A stretch of 64,000 nt of DNA, taken from assembly GCA_002722695.1 (NCBI GenBank), contig PBMS01000029.1, positions 5,724 to 69,723 of the forward strand, written 5' to 3'. This document shows positions 27,931-37,171 of this stretch, piece after piece. Position 1 is the first letter of the stretch, and each line of letters opens with the position of its first letter. The position numbers and the translations under genes are program-made. The DNA comes from Methanobacteriota archaeon (GTDB lineage: Archaea > Thermoplasmatota > Poseidoniia > Poseidoniales > Poseidoniaceae). The notes under the pieces were generated by a model, which saw only the letters and a list, made by a program, of their open reading frames with translations, searched no databases and was not told where the DNA came from.

Positions 27931-29502
27931 ATGAAGAGTTCAGCACGAACCATGGCGGGCGACATCCCCAAGGTGAACGTCGCCGCCAAAGACCGTGTGC
28001 TGCTTCACCTTTTGGCCCACGACGAATGGGCAGACCGATACATGGTGCCGCCCGCTCTGACACGGCCCGGTATCGCCGAAGCGTGTGCGCAGCACCCGCC
28101 CAACGTTAGCCGTTCGATGCGCGACCTGCTGAAAGAACTCCTGGTCGAAGAGCACACGCGGGCCGTTCAAGGCGATGAACGGCGGCAAAAGACCTGGCAG
28201 CTCACCGAAGAAGGGCGTCTGCGTGCCCGGCAGCGACACGTTGCGCTCGAGGACGCCAAAGTCCTGGTTCGAAACATGGACGGCGACCTGCTCGAAGTGA
28301 AGGCAGCGGAGGCCACTCAGCTGCTCGATACAAATCTCAGTTTACTGCAAATTTTGTTGCACGCGCAGCACGAAGGTGTGTTGACCTACGGTGATATTCG
28401 GTTTGGCAGCATCAAGAAAACCACCGAAGGCGAGATGCCTGAACCGGGTCGTTTGACCCCACTGGTCGGGGTGCACTCAACCTACGCCAACCAACCTCCG
28501 GTCACCCGACCCGTCTACGGGCGAGACGACGAGCTGAAAACCCTGCACGACTGGTTTGCGGAACGTCATCCGTGCATGGTCGTTCACGGCATCGCCGGCA
28601 TCGGGAAATCAACTCTGATCGCTCACTGGCTCCAGCAACACATGAACACCGACCCACACCTTTCGGTGTGCTGGTACACCTGCCAACCGTGGGACCGAGC
28701 GTTGGGCCTGGCCACCAGTCTTCTTCATCGGTTCGGCATCGATGAATCGCACGACCCCTACCGCATCATCGAAACGCTTCCTTTGACCCCGGGTGCTGAC
28801 ATGGACGTGGACGCTTGGCGACGAAGGCTTTCTGCGTACATGACCGACGCCAACACGATTCGTGAACGATTCAAGGACACCGCCGGGGGGCCGCCTCCCT
28901 ATTGGCTCATCGTCTTGGACGACGTCCATCACATCAGTGAAAAAGCACGACATCTGCTTGGCTCGCTGCTTCAACTTGCGCAAAATGGTCCGCTCCGAAT
29001 TCTGTTGGTTTCTCGAACGGAATTGAACGTGTACGACCGGCGCGATGTTCACATTCGCGACACGGTCAGAGAATTGCCCCTCAAGGGCCTCAGCCTCGAA
29101 GCCACCGAAGCGTGGCTCTCGAGCCTTGAAACCGACGACACCCCTCCGGCCAAAGAGGTTCACGCAGCGACCGGAGGACATCCGCTGGCCATGGAATTGC
29201 TGGAACTCTATGGCCAACCGACTCACAACGATTGGTTGCGATTCCTCGATGAGGAAATTCTGCTTCGTCTGCCCGAGCAAGAAAAGGAATTGCTCGCCAC
29301 CCTTGCCGTGGCGGAATCGCCGGTGGCGTGGAACGTTCTGGCCAACAGCGTGGGATGGAACGGAACGCCGCCGGACAACCTGTTGAAGCACGGACTCTTG
29401 CTTGAGTTGGAAGAGGGCATGTGGCTTCACGAAGCCTTGCGAGAGCGTTTGCTCCGGGACGTAGGCGACCGTTTGGAGGAGCGCAAGCTTCGACTCAATT
29501 GA
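27931..29502 (+). CDS. STAND-type P-loop NTPase with N-terminal winged-helix DNA-binding domain (putative signal-transducing transcription regulator)
   Basis: Walker A VVHGIAGIGKSTLIAHW and Walker B-like LIVLDDVHH. The N-terminus is predicted wHTH, with a C-terminal helical region. Start moved to the internal Met to avoid overlap with the divergent upstream gene. Confidence 0.5.
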   Translation: MKSSARTMAGDIPKVNVAAKDRVLLHLLAHDEWADRYMVPPALTRPGIAEACAQHPPNVSRSMRDLLKELLVEEHTRAVQGDERRQKTWQLTEEGRLRARQRHVALEDAKVLVRNMDGDLLEVKAAEATQLLDTNLSLLQILLHAQHEGVLTYGDIRFGSIKKTTEGEMPEPGRLTPLVGVHSTYANQPPVTRPVYGRDDELKTLHDWFAERHPCMVVHGIAGIGKSTLIAHWLQQHMNTDPHLSVCWYTCQPWDRALGLATSLLHRFGIDESHDPYRIIETLPLTPGADMDVDAWRRRLSAYMTDANTIRERFKDTAGGPPPYWLIVLDDVHHISEKARHLLGSLLQLAQNGPLRILLVSRTELNVYDRRDVHIRDTVRELPLKGLSLEATEAWLSSLETDDTPPAKEVHAATGGHPLAMELLELYGQPTHNDWLRFLDEEILLRLPEQEKELLATLAVAESPVAWNVLANSVGWNGTPPDNLLKHGLLLELEEGMWLHEALRERLLRDVGDRLEERKLRLN

Positions 29503-29504
29503 AA

Positions 29505-29909
29505 TCAGAAATCGTCGGCTGACATGACCTCGTCGATCCACGAGAGGAGTTTGGTTTTGGGCATGCTGCCCACCTTTTGAGCCACGATGGAGCCGTTTCG
29601 GTAGATGAACAGGGCGGGAATGCTGCGGACGCCGAGTTGCGCCGCCGTTCCAGAGTTTTGTTCGGTGTCGACTTTGGCGACCAGAATCTCTCGTTCCTGA
29701 GCCACGGATTCAAGCACGGGTCCTATGGCTTTGCACGGCGCACACCATGGTGCCCAGAAATCTACAATCACCCACTCGGAGTCGTTCACAGTGTCGTTGA
29801 ATTCACTGTCGCTTACGTTTCGTACCTCACCCATGGGTTCACCTAACCTCCGCTCAAGTTGAGATTTTATAGGCGTTTGGCCAACAGCAAATGGCGTGAA
29901 AAATGGCAA
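29505..29909 (-). CDS. trxA: Thioredoxin (with a WCAPC active-site variant)
   Basis: VIVDFWAPWCAPCKAIGPVLE shows the thioredoxin fold signature. ~130 aa. Confidence 0.8.
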   Translation of the reverse strand: MPFFTPFAVGQTPIKSQLERRLGEPMGEVRNVSDSEFNDTVNDSEWVIVDFWAPWCAPCKAIGPVLESVAQEREILVAKVDTEQNSGTAAQLGVRSIPALFIYRNGSIVAQKVGSMPKTKLLSWIDEVMSADDF

Positions 29910-29951
29910 GTCTCATCAATTGGCGACGATTGGCGACGGTTGAGGGATGAC

Positions 29952-30623
29952 ATGATAATCGCACCCAGCGTCCTCACGGCCAACCTTGCTGACCTCTCAA
30001 CCGACTGCAAGGAAGCCATGGCTGCCGGCCTGGATTGGCTCCACCTCGACGTGATGGACGGGAACTTTGTGCCGAACCTGACCTTCGGACCTCCAGTGAT
30101 TCGAAGCCTTCGTCAGGCGCTCGGGCCAGACGCCGTGTTTGACGCCCACCTGATGATTGAAAACGCCGAGGCTTGCTTTCAAGATTACATTGACGCGGGG
30201 TGCAATCACCTTTCGGTTCACGTCGAAGCCGTCAAGCACCTGCACCGACTGTTGAATGCCATCCGAGAGGGAGGCGCCACGGTTGGCATTGTGCTCAACC
30301 CGGCCACCCCCGTAGAGGCGGCGCTTGAAGTGTTGACCGAAGTGGACCTCGTGCTCATCATGAGCGTCAACCCCGGCTTTGGCGGGCAGTCGTTTATTCC
30401 CAACGTTGAGAGCAAGATTCGCCGCCTCGCTCAGGCCATTGAGCAACAAGTTGCGGAGGGCGGACGAGCGGTGCAAATTCAAGTCGATGGAGGCGTGAAA
30501 GCCCACAACATCGCCATGCTCCAAGACTGGGGCGTCACCAACTGCGTGGTCGGCTCGGGCCTGTTCAACGACCGGGCCAACGTTGCCGACAACCTCGCTG
30601 AAATCCACACTGCGCTTAGCTGA
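29952..30623 (+). CDS. rpe: Ribulose-phosphate 3-epimerase
   Basis: MIIAPSVLTANLADL, HLDVMDGNFVPN and the GG...VDGG C-terminal motifs are typical of Rpe. Start set at the internal Met (29952) rather than the longer ORF. Confidence 0.8.
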   Translation: MIIAPSVLTANLADLSTDCKEAMAAGLDWLHLDVMDGNFVPNLTFGPPVIRSLRQALGPDAVFDAHLMIENAEACFQDYIDAGCNHLSVHVEAVKHLHRLLNAIREGGATVGIVLNPATPVEAALEVLTEVDLVLIMSVNPGFGGQSFIPNVESKIRRLAQAIEQQVAEGGRAVQIQVDGGVKAHNIAMLQDWGVTNCVVGSGLFNDRANVADNLAEIHTALS

Positions 30624-31725
30624 TGGGGGACTGGACATTCAGATCCTCGTCGTTTCGCTGCTCTATCCGGTTCCGTTGAACCCAACGCGAGGGGTTTTTG
30701 TTGAAGATCACGTTGATCTCCTGAAAACTCAGGGTCACGACGTCAAGGTCGTGAACCCTTTGCCCCGGATGCCGCGCTACGCAGAAGCGCGACGTTCGAC
30801 CCTGATGGGCGTGGCCAAGGCGCCTCGTCGTTGGACGCACAACGGCACATCGATTCTCGCTCCCCGGTTTTTTGCGCTCCCCGATCACCCCTATCCGCGT
30901 CTTACGGCCTCCAGCGTAACCCGCCGTGCGAGGTGGGTTGAGAAACACCTGGGCTCGTGGAGACCGGATGTCATCGTGTGCCACACCCTCTGGCCCGTTG
31001 CCAATCTTGCGAAGGAACTCGCCCAGCGGTGGAAACGTCCGTGGGTGGGCGTGGTCCACGGCTACGATTTTGATGTGGGGCTGGACCTCGATGGCGTGAG
31101 CGAGCAGGTTCGATCTGCGGCCACGTCCTGCGACGTGTTGGTGTGCGCATCTCAGCGTCTTTCGGACGTGGCACAAGGTTGGTCGAACAAAAGCGCGGAA
31201 ACCATTCCGTGCGTGACCGAGATCGACCGAGACTGGCGTCGTCCGGTTCGTCCAATGAAAAAACCGTGGAAGAAAGAGCCCATTGACGTCCTCTTCCCTG
31301 CCGACCCTCGACGACCTGAAAAACGACACTTGCTCGCCTTGCAAACGGGCGAGGTGCTCGAAGAACGAGGATGGATGGTCGGCATCACCACTCTGCGCCA
31401 CCAGCCGAGGGACATCGTCTACGATCGCATGCTGACCGCAGACGTCACGCTCATCACCTCCCGCAGGGAAGCGGGGCCGTTGGTGGCGCGCGAATCTTTG
31501 CTGTGCGGAACGCCCGTGGTCAGCGTAAACGTGGGAGAAGTGGACCGGTATCTTCCGAAAGAGTGGGTCCACGGAGACGATCCGGAAGCCCTTGCCGATG
31601 GAATCGAAGACGCGCTTCGGAACGGATGGCAAGGCGAAGAAACGGTGGATGAACGGCTTGCATTCGCCTCATTTGATACGGTCAGTCAAGCGTGGACCGA
31701 GCTGCTTTCCAGCCTTGTTTCGTGA
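30583..31725 (+). CDS. Glycosyltransferase family 4 (GT-B, RfaB-like)
   Basis: N-terminal ILVVSLLYPVPLNPTRGVFV and the EX7E-type C-terminal region (TSRREAGPLVARESLLCGTPVV). There is no in-frame ATG, so the start is TTG or similar and uncertain. Confidence 0.6.
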   Translation: MPTTSLKSTLRLADGGLDIQILVVSLLYPVPLNPTRGVFVEDHVDLLKTQGHDVKVVNPLPRMPRYAEARRSTLMGVAKAPRRWTHNGTSILAPRFFALPDHPYPRLTASSVTRRARWVEKHLGSWRPDVIVCHTLWPVANLAKELAQRWKRPWVGVVHGYDFDVGLDLDGVSEQVRSAATSCDVLVCASQRLSDVAQGWSNKSAETIPCVTEIDRDWRRPVRPMKKPWKKEPIDVLFPADPRRPEKRHLLALQTGEVLEERGWMVGITTLRHQPRDIVYDRMLTADVTLITSRREAGPLVARESLLCGTPVVSVNVGEVDRYLPKEWVHGDDPEALADGIEDALRNGWQGEETVDERLAFASFDTVSQAWTELLSSLVS

Positions 31726-33136
31726 ACGCAAACAACGGCAACCCCATGACCCACCACAACGTGTTCGACACCAACCCCCCAACAACGAACAACGTGCACA
31801 CCATCACCAAGGTCCATTCGTCTCTGCGAGCCACAATCGTCGAAAATTCACCGCTCATCCACCACGATAGGCCCAACAACACGGCGGCAGAAAGGCTGCT
31901 TGCGGCCGCGCCGGCGTAGAGCTTCTGTCCCGGATTGCTCGGACCGTTCAGCACCAACACCGCCCCGAGCATGCCAGCAGCGAGAAGCACCAGAGCGATG
32001 AACAACGTGAATCGCCATGGTCGGTCCCCGGCCATCAATGCTGTGTAGGTTGGGGTCGCAAGAAGGGTCAAGCCCCAACCCGCCAAAAGAACGGTGAACA
32101 CGTCGATGGCCGATGCCCCGTATGTCCCGTCCAAATAGTCGGAGGGGAAGGCCATCGGAGCGAACAAGGTCACCACCAAATGGCCACCAAAGAGACCGTA
32201 CGGCAGTAGACCAAAACACATGTCCACTGCGTTGTTCAATTCCCTGCGATGCTTCTGAGGCTTGAATCGCGCATCGCCAAGGACGGGCAGTAGAGCGGAT
32301 CGAACCGCGGCGGGAACGACGAGCCCAGCCAACCAAGCCAGCTGTGCGACATGGAACACAGCACCCAATTCTGCGCCACCCGAGGCTGCGACCATGAATT
32401 TCTCAATCCGAACCACGTAGGGAAGAATGCCCAGCGTGATGGCAAAAGGGAGAGCCGAAGCCAAGAGTTGAGGTGTTGAAACCCAGCTCGGCCCCAACGC
32501 ATCCCAATCAACGGTTGCCTGGGTCGGTGGAGCTGTTCGCACCACCCAAAACAGTGCCAAGCCCCATCCGGCCGTGGCCCCGAACAAGAACGCACATGTG
32601 AATGCAGTGGCGGACGTGGAGCCCTGCCACGCCAGCAAGCTGTAGAGCACGACCGTACATCCGCGTTCCACCACTTTTGTAATGGCTTCCAATCGAGCTT
32701 CCCCCAACACCCGCAGACCCGACCGTGGAGCGTACGACGCAACGTGTGCAAGAGCGATGAGCCCCGCAGCGAGAAGAAGTTCAGACGGTGCCTGAACGTT
32801 CAGCCACGCCTCGGGTCGCAGCAAACCAGCGACGGCGACGAACGGCAGCACCGCCAATGCCTGCAAGCGGTACGTGCGCCACACAGCGGCGGGAACCAAC
32901 GATGGTGCTCGCGTCCCATCGCGTGCCAGCAGGGTGGGCAAACCAAGGTCAACCACGAGAAACAAGGAAGCGTACAAGTCGATGGCCAACACCATCCAAC
33001 CGTAATGCTCTGCCAACAATGCGTGCGTCAGTATGATTTGTCCGATGAAGGCCAGCGCAACTGCGAGCAAATCTGCGCCCACCAACCACGACGCGTCCCG
33101 CCCGGTGGAGGGGGTGCGATGGGTTGGCTCGGTCAT
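31682..33136 (-). CDS. Polysaccharide biosynthesis flippase-like polytopic membrane protein (Wzx/MOP superfamily)
   Basis: ~12 predicted TM helices over 484 aa. Located in the glycan locus. No soluble domain. Confidence 0.45.
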   Translation of the reverse strand: MTEPTHRTPSTGRDASWLVGADLLAVALAFIGQIILTHALLAEHYGWMVLAIDLYASLFLVVDLGLPTLLARDGTRAPSLVPAAVWRTYRLQALAVLPFVAVAGLLRPEAWLNVQAPSELLLAAGLIALAHVASYAPRSGLRVLGEARLEAITKVVERGCTVVLYSLLAWQGSTSATAFTCAFLFGATAGWGLALFWVVRTAPPTQATVDWDALGPSWVSTPQLLASALPFAITLGILPYVVRIEKFMVAASGGAELGAVFHVAQLAWLAGLVVPAAVRSALLPVLGDARFKPQKHRRELNNAVDMCFGLLPYGLFGGHLVVTLFAPMAFPSDYLDGTYGASAIDVFTVLLAGWGLTLLATPTYTALMAGDRPWRFTLFIALVLLAAGMLGAVLVLNGPSNPGQKLYAGAAASSLSAAVLLGLSWWMSGEFSTIVARRDEWTLVMVCTLFVVGGLVSNTLWWVMGLPLFAFTKQGWKAARSTLD

Positions 33137-33179
33137 GAAACAGCTAGGGTGAACGGGCTTTCAATGGATTCCACCGTTC

Positions 33180-33446
33180 TCAACCGAGGTCGTCCTCTTC
33201 CAGACCCCAAGCCCATCGACTGACGGCGCCGCGTTTGCCCTCGGACGACCCAATGCGGTGAACGAAGGGTGACTTTCGGAGGGCTCGTTGCAAAATGTGT
33301 GCGCGAACCGCCCGGCCCTCGGCTTCCAAGGCCTGAACGATTTCGGGTGTGGTGGCCGGGCCGTTGGTTCGAAGCCAGCCGACGATCCACTCGGCTTGCT
33401 CTCGAGTGGCTTTTCGTTCTTCGCTCCATCGAGACGGGCGTGCCAT
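33180..33446 (-). CDS. Small putative winged-helix protein
   Basis: 88 aa. TTPEIVQALEAEGRAVRAHILQRALRKSPFVHRIG resembles HTH-wing. Weak. Confidence 0.2.
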   Translation of the reverse strand: MARPSRWSEERKATREQAEWIVGWLRTNGPATTPEIVQALEAEGRAVRAHILQRALRKSPFVHRIGSSEGKRGAVSRWAWGLEEDDLG

Positions 33447-33481
33447 GCGGTGAGGTTGGGCACCCGAATCAAGAAGATTTG

Positions 33482-34102
33482 TCAGTCCTCGTCGTCGAAC
33501 TTCAAGTCTCGAGCACGCTGCATGGCGGCGTCATCGGTGAACCAAAACGTCGGCGTGGGCCCGAGGTCTTTGTCCCACCGTTGGACCGCTCGTGCGAACA
33601 TTTCCCCATCGGCGTATTTTTCACACCAGCGAAGGAACCATTCGGCCTGTTCCTGCATCGCCTCGTCGCCCTCGGACTGTCGACGAAGCATTTCAGCTTG
33701 GAGAGCGGTTATCATCATCCAGTTTGGTGTCAAGGCGTAAGTGACGTAGGGGTTTCGTTCCATGTCCACGCTGCGCCATTCCGTCCACAAGGAGAAGACC
33801 TGGTCGTAGAGGTAGCCGATGGTGAGGACACCCAGCATGACGGTCAGGAAAATTGACAGCAAACCAAAGTACGTTGCAGGTACACCGGCGATGGTGTCGT
33901 TGAAGCAAAGAGCGTCCGCGCAAGAGGCTTCGAATCGCCACCGAACGTAGGGCCAAACAAGCAGGGTGATGGTGGTGCCCCACAACAAGAGGCCAACCAC
34001 GGCCTGGGATTGTTGCATGCGCCAATACTGACGCATCACCCACTTTCGGAACAGCGAAGGAGAACCGTCTTCCGTCATAACAGCAACCTTCCCAAGCGAC
34101 AT
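33482..34102 (-). CDS. Hypothetical membrane protein
   Basis: Two or three hydrophobic helices (VVGLLLWGTTITLLVW; FGLLSIFLTVMLGVLTIGYL) and a C-terminal acidic soluble region. Confidence 0.3.
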   Translation of the reverse strand: MSLGKVAVMTEDGSPSLFRKWVMRQYWRMQQSQAVVGLLLWGTTITLLVWPYVRWRFEASCADALCFNDTIAGVPATYFGLLSIFLTVMLGVLTIGYLYDQVFSLWTEWRSVDMERNPYVTYALTPNWMMITALQAEMLRRQSEGDEAMQEQAEWFLRWCEKYADGEMFARAVQRWDKDLGPTPTFWFTDDAAMQRARDLKFDDED

Positions 34103-34154
34103 TCACTTAACAAACAAACCCATGGATGGGAGGTTGCAAAAGACATTTTGAGTT

Positions 34155-35129
34155 TTACACCCCGTCCTTCAACCACAATCTTCCGGCGAGGCTCTCCCAC
34201 TCAATGGATTGCGGGTGGCATGAATTGTGGTAGTTGGTGAATTCACCAAAGTACCACCTCCCATCGGCCCGGAACAAGTCCACTCGCGTGTAATCGATGT
34301 CTTCGGCCAAGCGTTCGACGATGTTGACAAGTTCGGTCAACCCATCCTTGCCGAGAAGGGACACGATTTCAGCGGGCGTGTTCTCTTCGCTCCATCGAGG
34401 GTTGGTTTGGTGAATGCGCTGCCCGCCGGGCGTGTAGATGGACTGGGAATGATTGGTCATGCGCCCTGTGTCGTATTGGATGAACCCCACCTTTCCGTGG
34501 AACACATGGACCTTCCAGTCGTTGGGCAATCGATTGTTGTCGGTGAGCAACTCTTCGATCATCACGCCGCGAGGCTGAATGTTCGCAGCTCCCCATTCAA
34601 GCGGAGCGGGGAAGTCCTGCCGTAAACACCATCGCAAGGATCGCTCGATCCGCCATTTTGGCCACGGTTTACCGTCTTGGTCCCGCCCGTTGCGAATGAC
34701 GCGGTATCGGTGCGCCCTGCGCGAAAACAAACGAAGTTTTCGAGAAACGTTGGCGAGCGGTACGGGCCCGTTGTCCATGATGAACAGAGCGTCTCCCGAC
34801 CAGTGGTTGGTTTTGATGACACATCGATCGGGCAGATTGTCCCAATCAATGCTCACGTCCTCCGACCAGTGGTGAAGTTCGGTGAGGTGGCAGACGTTTT
34901 TGGATTCGACCAGAGCCCGAGAGCGGTGTTTGTCCTCCATGAGCGGAAGGAGAGGATTGCGGTCTTCCACGCACCGTTTGAGAAGAAGTTGGCTGTAATG
35001 GCCCGCCTTGGATTCGTCGAGAGCGTGCCACGGGTGGACACCGCCTGGAAGTAACTCGGCCATCGATTGCGCGTGCGAGCGCGCCCGTTTTAGGCTTGGC
35101 ACCGTTCGTCCGGCGGACGGACAAATCAA
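34155..35129 (-). CDS. TupA-like ATP-grasp enzyme (PF14305 family; carboxylate-amine ligase associated with teichuronopeptide-type glycans)
   Basis: QLLLKRCVEDRNPLLPLMEDKHRSRALVE ... LPDRCVIKTNHWSGD matches the characteristic TupA-like N-terminal and KxxHGSG segments. The real start may be the internal Met near 35063. Confidence 0.65.
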   Translation of the reverse strand: MICPSAGRTVPSLKRARSHAQSMAELLPGGVHPWHALDESKAGHYSQLLLKRCVEDRNPLLPLMEDKHRSRALVESKNVCHLTELHHWSEDVSIDWDNLPDRCVIKTNHWSGDALFIMDNGPVPLANVSRKLRLFSRRAHRYRVIRNGRDQDGKPWPKWRIERSLRWCLRQDFPAPLEWGAANIQPRGVMIEELLTDNNRLPNDWKVHVFHGKVGFIQYDTGRMTNHSQSIYTPGGQRIHQTNPRWSEENTPAEIVSLLGKDGLTELVNIVERLAEDIDYTRVDLFRADGRWYFGEFTNYHNSCHPQSIEWESLAGRLWLKDGV

Positions 35130-35455
35130 GCTTGACGGCCAGCGTCAAACATTTCTCGAAGACTTCCGTCTTGCAACATCTCAAGCGCGATGTCGGACCC
35201 GCCGATGAGTTCGCCGTGAACGAAGACTTGAGGCATGGTTGGGAAATCCGACCAGGCGCAAATGGAAGGGATGGCTCGGGCATCGGAGAGGACGTTCACC
35301 GAGGCAAATTCCTCGCCGAGGCTCTGCAAGACCTGAGCGGCGCGGTTGGAAAACCCGCACTGAGGCTGATTCGGGCTGCCCTTCATGAACAGCACGATGG
35401 GGTGGTCGTCAACGAGGCTTTGCAATTCTTCTGGGCTCCAATTCATGGTGTTCAC
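35126..35455 (-). CDS. Monothiol glutaredoxin (CGFS type, Grx4/GrxD family)
   Basis: QPQCGFSNRAAQ active-site motif. ~109 aa. Confidence 0.8.
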   Translation of the reverse strand: MNTMNWSPEELQSLVDDHPIVLFMKGSPNQPQCGFSNRAAQVLQSLGEEFASVNVLSDARAIPSICAWSDFPTMPQVFVHGELIGGSDIALEMLQDGSLREMFDAGRQA

Positions 35456-35775
35456 TCCTTGTTTTTCATGATGCGGCGGATGTGGACGCCTTGACCCCCG
35501 CCGTGCGGGTCAAAGGCCGTGTTGCCCGCCGTTTCGGCTTGGGAGGGCGTCATGCACTTGAGATCGAGTGCGTGAATGGGATGGGGGATGTGCTGGCCCA
35601 TGACGGCGAGCACCTGCTTTTGGCGCTGAAGAGGGCGGACGCCCTCGAAGGTCTCGGAGATGATGCGCACGTGGAAGTGGTCGCCAGACCCGTGAAGATC
35701 GATGACCTCGACGGTGGCTTCGGGCACGGCCTTCAACACCTCTGCCTCAATCCACGCCGCTTCAACCATGTGCAC
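35452..35775 (-). CDS. BolA-family protein
   Basis: ~107 aa. The HFHVRIISETFEGVRPLQRQKQV pattern is typical of BolA. Overlaps the Grx start by 4 nt, so the two are translationally coupled. Confidence 0.65.
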   Translation of the reverse strand: MHMVEAAWIEAEVLKAVPEATVEVIDLHGSGDHFHVRIISETFEGVRPLQRQKQVLAVMGQHIPHPIHALDLKCMTPSQAETAGNTAFDPHGGGQGVHIRRIMKNKE

Positions 35776-35831
35776 GCCTCATGAGTTCCTGTGTGAGCAC
35801 CTTCTTTGAACCTGCGCCCGAATCTCTTGCG

Positions 35832-37079
35832 CTATTCGGACGCCAATCGTTCCAAAATAGCGTCAACTGCGGTGGCCTTCTTGACACGTATCCATGGATT
35901 CACGGTCCGTGTTTCAATGTCCATTTTGAGCCGTTCAACACCTCCGCCGCTGATGTTGAGAAGAATGCAGTCGTCCTTGTCCACCTCACCGGATTCCACC
36001 GCTTGGAGAATACTTGCTGCTGCCACCGCTCCGGGCGTCATGATGTCGATGCCCTCGATGGTTTCGATCATGGTGCGCGCCTCCATGGCAGATTCACGCT
36101 CAACGATGTGGGTTTGGCCGTTCGAGGCTTTGAGAATGTCGTGCACAGCACCAGCTTGGCCGTACGCAGGGCCTTTGTTGAGCAGATAGTCGGAGTACAC
36201 CTTGACCTCTTCAGCGGGATAATCTCCGGGAACGAGGTGGTCGCGCCCCGCTTGCCAGGCGCTGTGTATGGGATGATGTTCGACGTTTTGTGAGACGTGT
36301 TGGCGAGGAGCGGGTCCTTCGAACAAACCGGCTTCGATCAACCGCTCAGCCATCTCGTGAATGCCGATGGGGCCCGGGCCGCCACCGATGCCTTGGAAGT
36401 AATGGTCGGGCAAACGCCCAATCGTGAAGGCTGCATCGATCATCAAGGTCCCAATGCCGTCTCGGCGAGCAACGTTGTGGACGCTGCCTTCCATCTGCCA
36501 GCCTGGAAGTTGAGCAGCGATGCTCTTGGCGACGGTCTTTGCGTCGTAATAGTCACCGTCCTCAATCACGACAAGGCGAACGCTTTCTGCGTTGTTTTCT
36601 GGGCGAGCCCAGATGCGTTTGGCGTGGTCCCTGCCCACCACGACGATGAGTGGGGTGCCGTCCAGCCCACAGAAGTGCGTGAAGGCTCGGGCGGTGTTGC
36701 CAGCGCTCGCGCAAATCAGCCCCTTGCAGCCGTGATCGTGCATGCGTTGGATGGTCGGAACGGCCTCCATGTCCTTGAAACTCCCTGTTGGACAAAGACC
36801 ACCTTTCTCAGGCCAATACCCATGGTAGGTGACCCAGAGGTTGCTCAAGCCCATCGCTTCACCGAGGGCCTCGGCCCGGTAGGTCACCGTACCGGCAACG
36901 TACTCGTTGGCCTTCGAGGTAGGAATCCATGAGAGGTACTTCCACACGCCTTTTGCGCTGTCTTGAAGCTGAAACGGTTCGCTGTAGACCGCACGCAGCA
37001 ACGCGTTGTCCGTGTAGTGGAGCGTGTAGGCGTCGTCGATGAGATCGCCTGTCTTCAGGCATTTGAGTTGATACTTCAT
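35832..37079 (-). CDS. Threonine synthase-like PLP enzyme (ThrC / cysteate synthase family)
   Basis: N-terminal MKYQLKCLKTGD. PLP-lysine motif TGSFKD. ASAGNTARAF. Start set at the internal Met with a good match to ThrC N-termini. Confidence 0.6.
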   Translation of the reverse strand: MKYQLKCLKTGDLIDDAYTLHYTDNALLRAVYSEPFQLQDSAKGVWKYLSWIPTSKANEYVAGTVTYRAEALGEAMGLSNLWVTYHGYWPEKGGLCPTGSFKDMEAVPTIQRMHDHGCKGLICASAGNTARAFTHFCGLDGTPLIVVVGRDHAKRIWARPENNAESVRLVVIEDGDYYDAKTVAKSIAAQLPGWQMEGSVHNVARRDGIGTLMIDAAFTIGRLPDHYFQGIGGGPGPIGIHEMAERLIEAGLFEGPAPRQHVSQNVEHHPIHSAWQAGRDHLVPGDYPAEEVKVYSDYLLNKGPAYGQAGAVHDILKASNGQTHIVERESAMEARTMIETIEGIDIMTPGAVAAASILQAVESGEVDKDDCILLNISGGGVERLKMDIETRTVNPWIRVKKATAVDAILERLASE

Positions 37080-37171
37080 CCTTTCACCATGCCCATGGTT
37101 GGCTACGCCCTCTCGTCTGGAAGCCGTGGTATAACAGTTCGGAACATAGTGAACACCGGGAGGCCGTTCTC

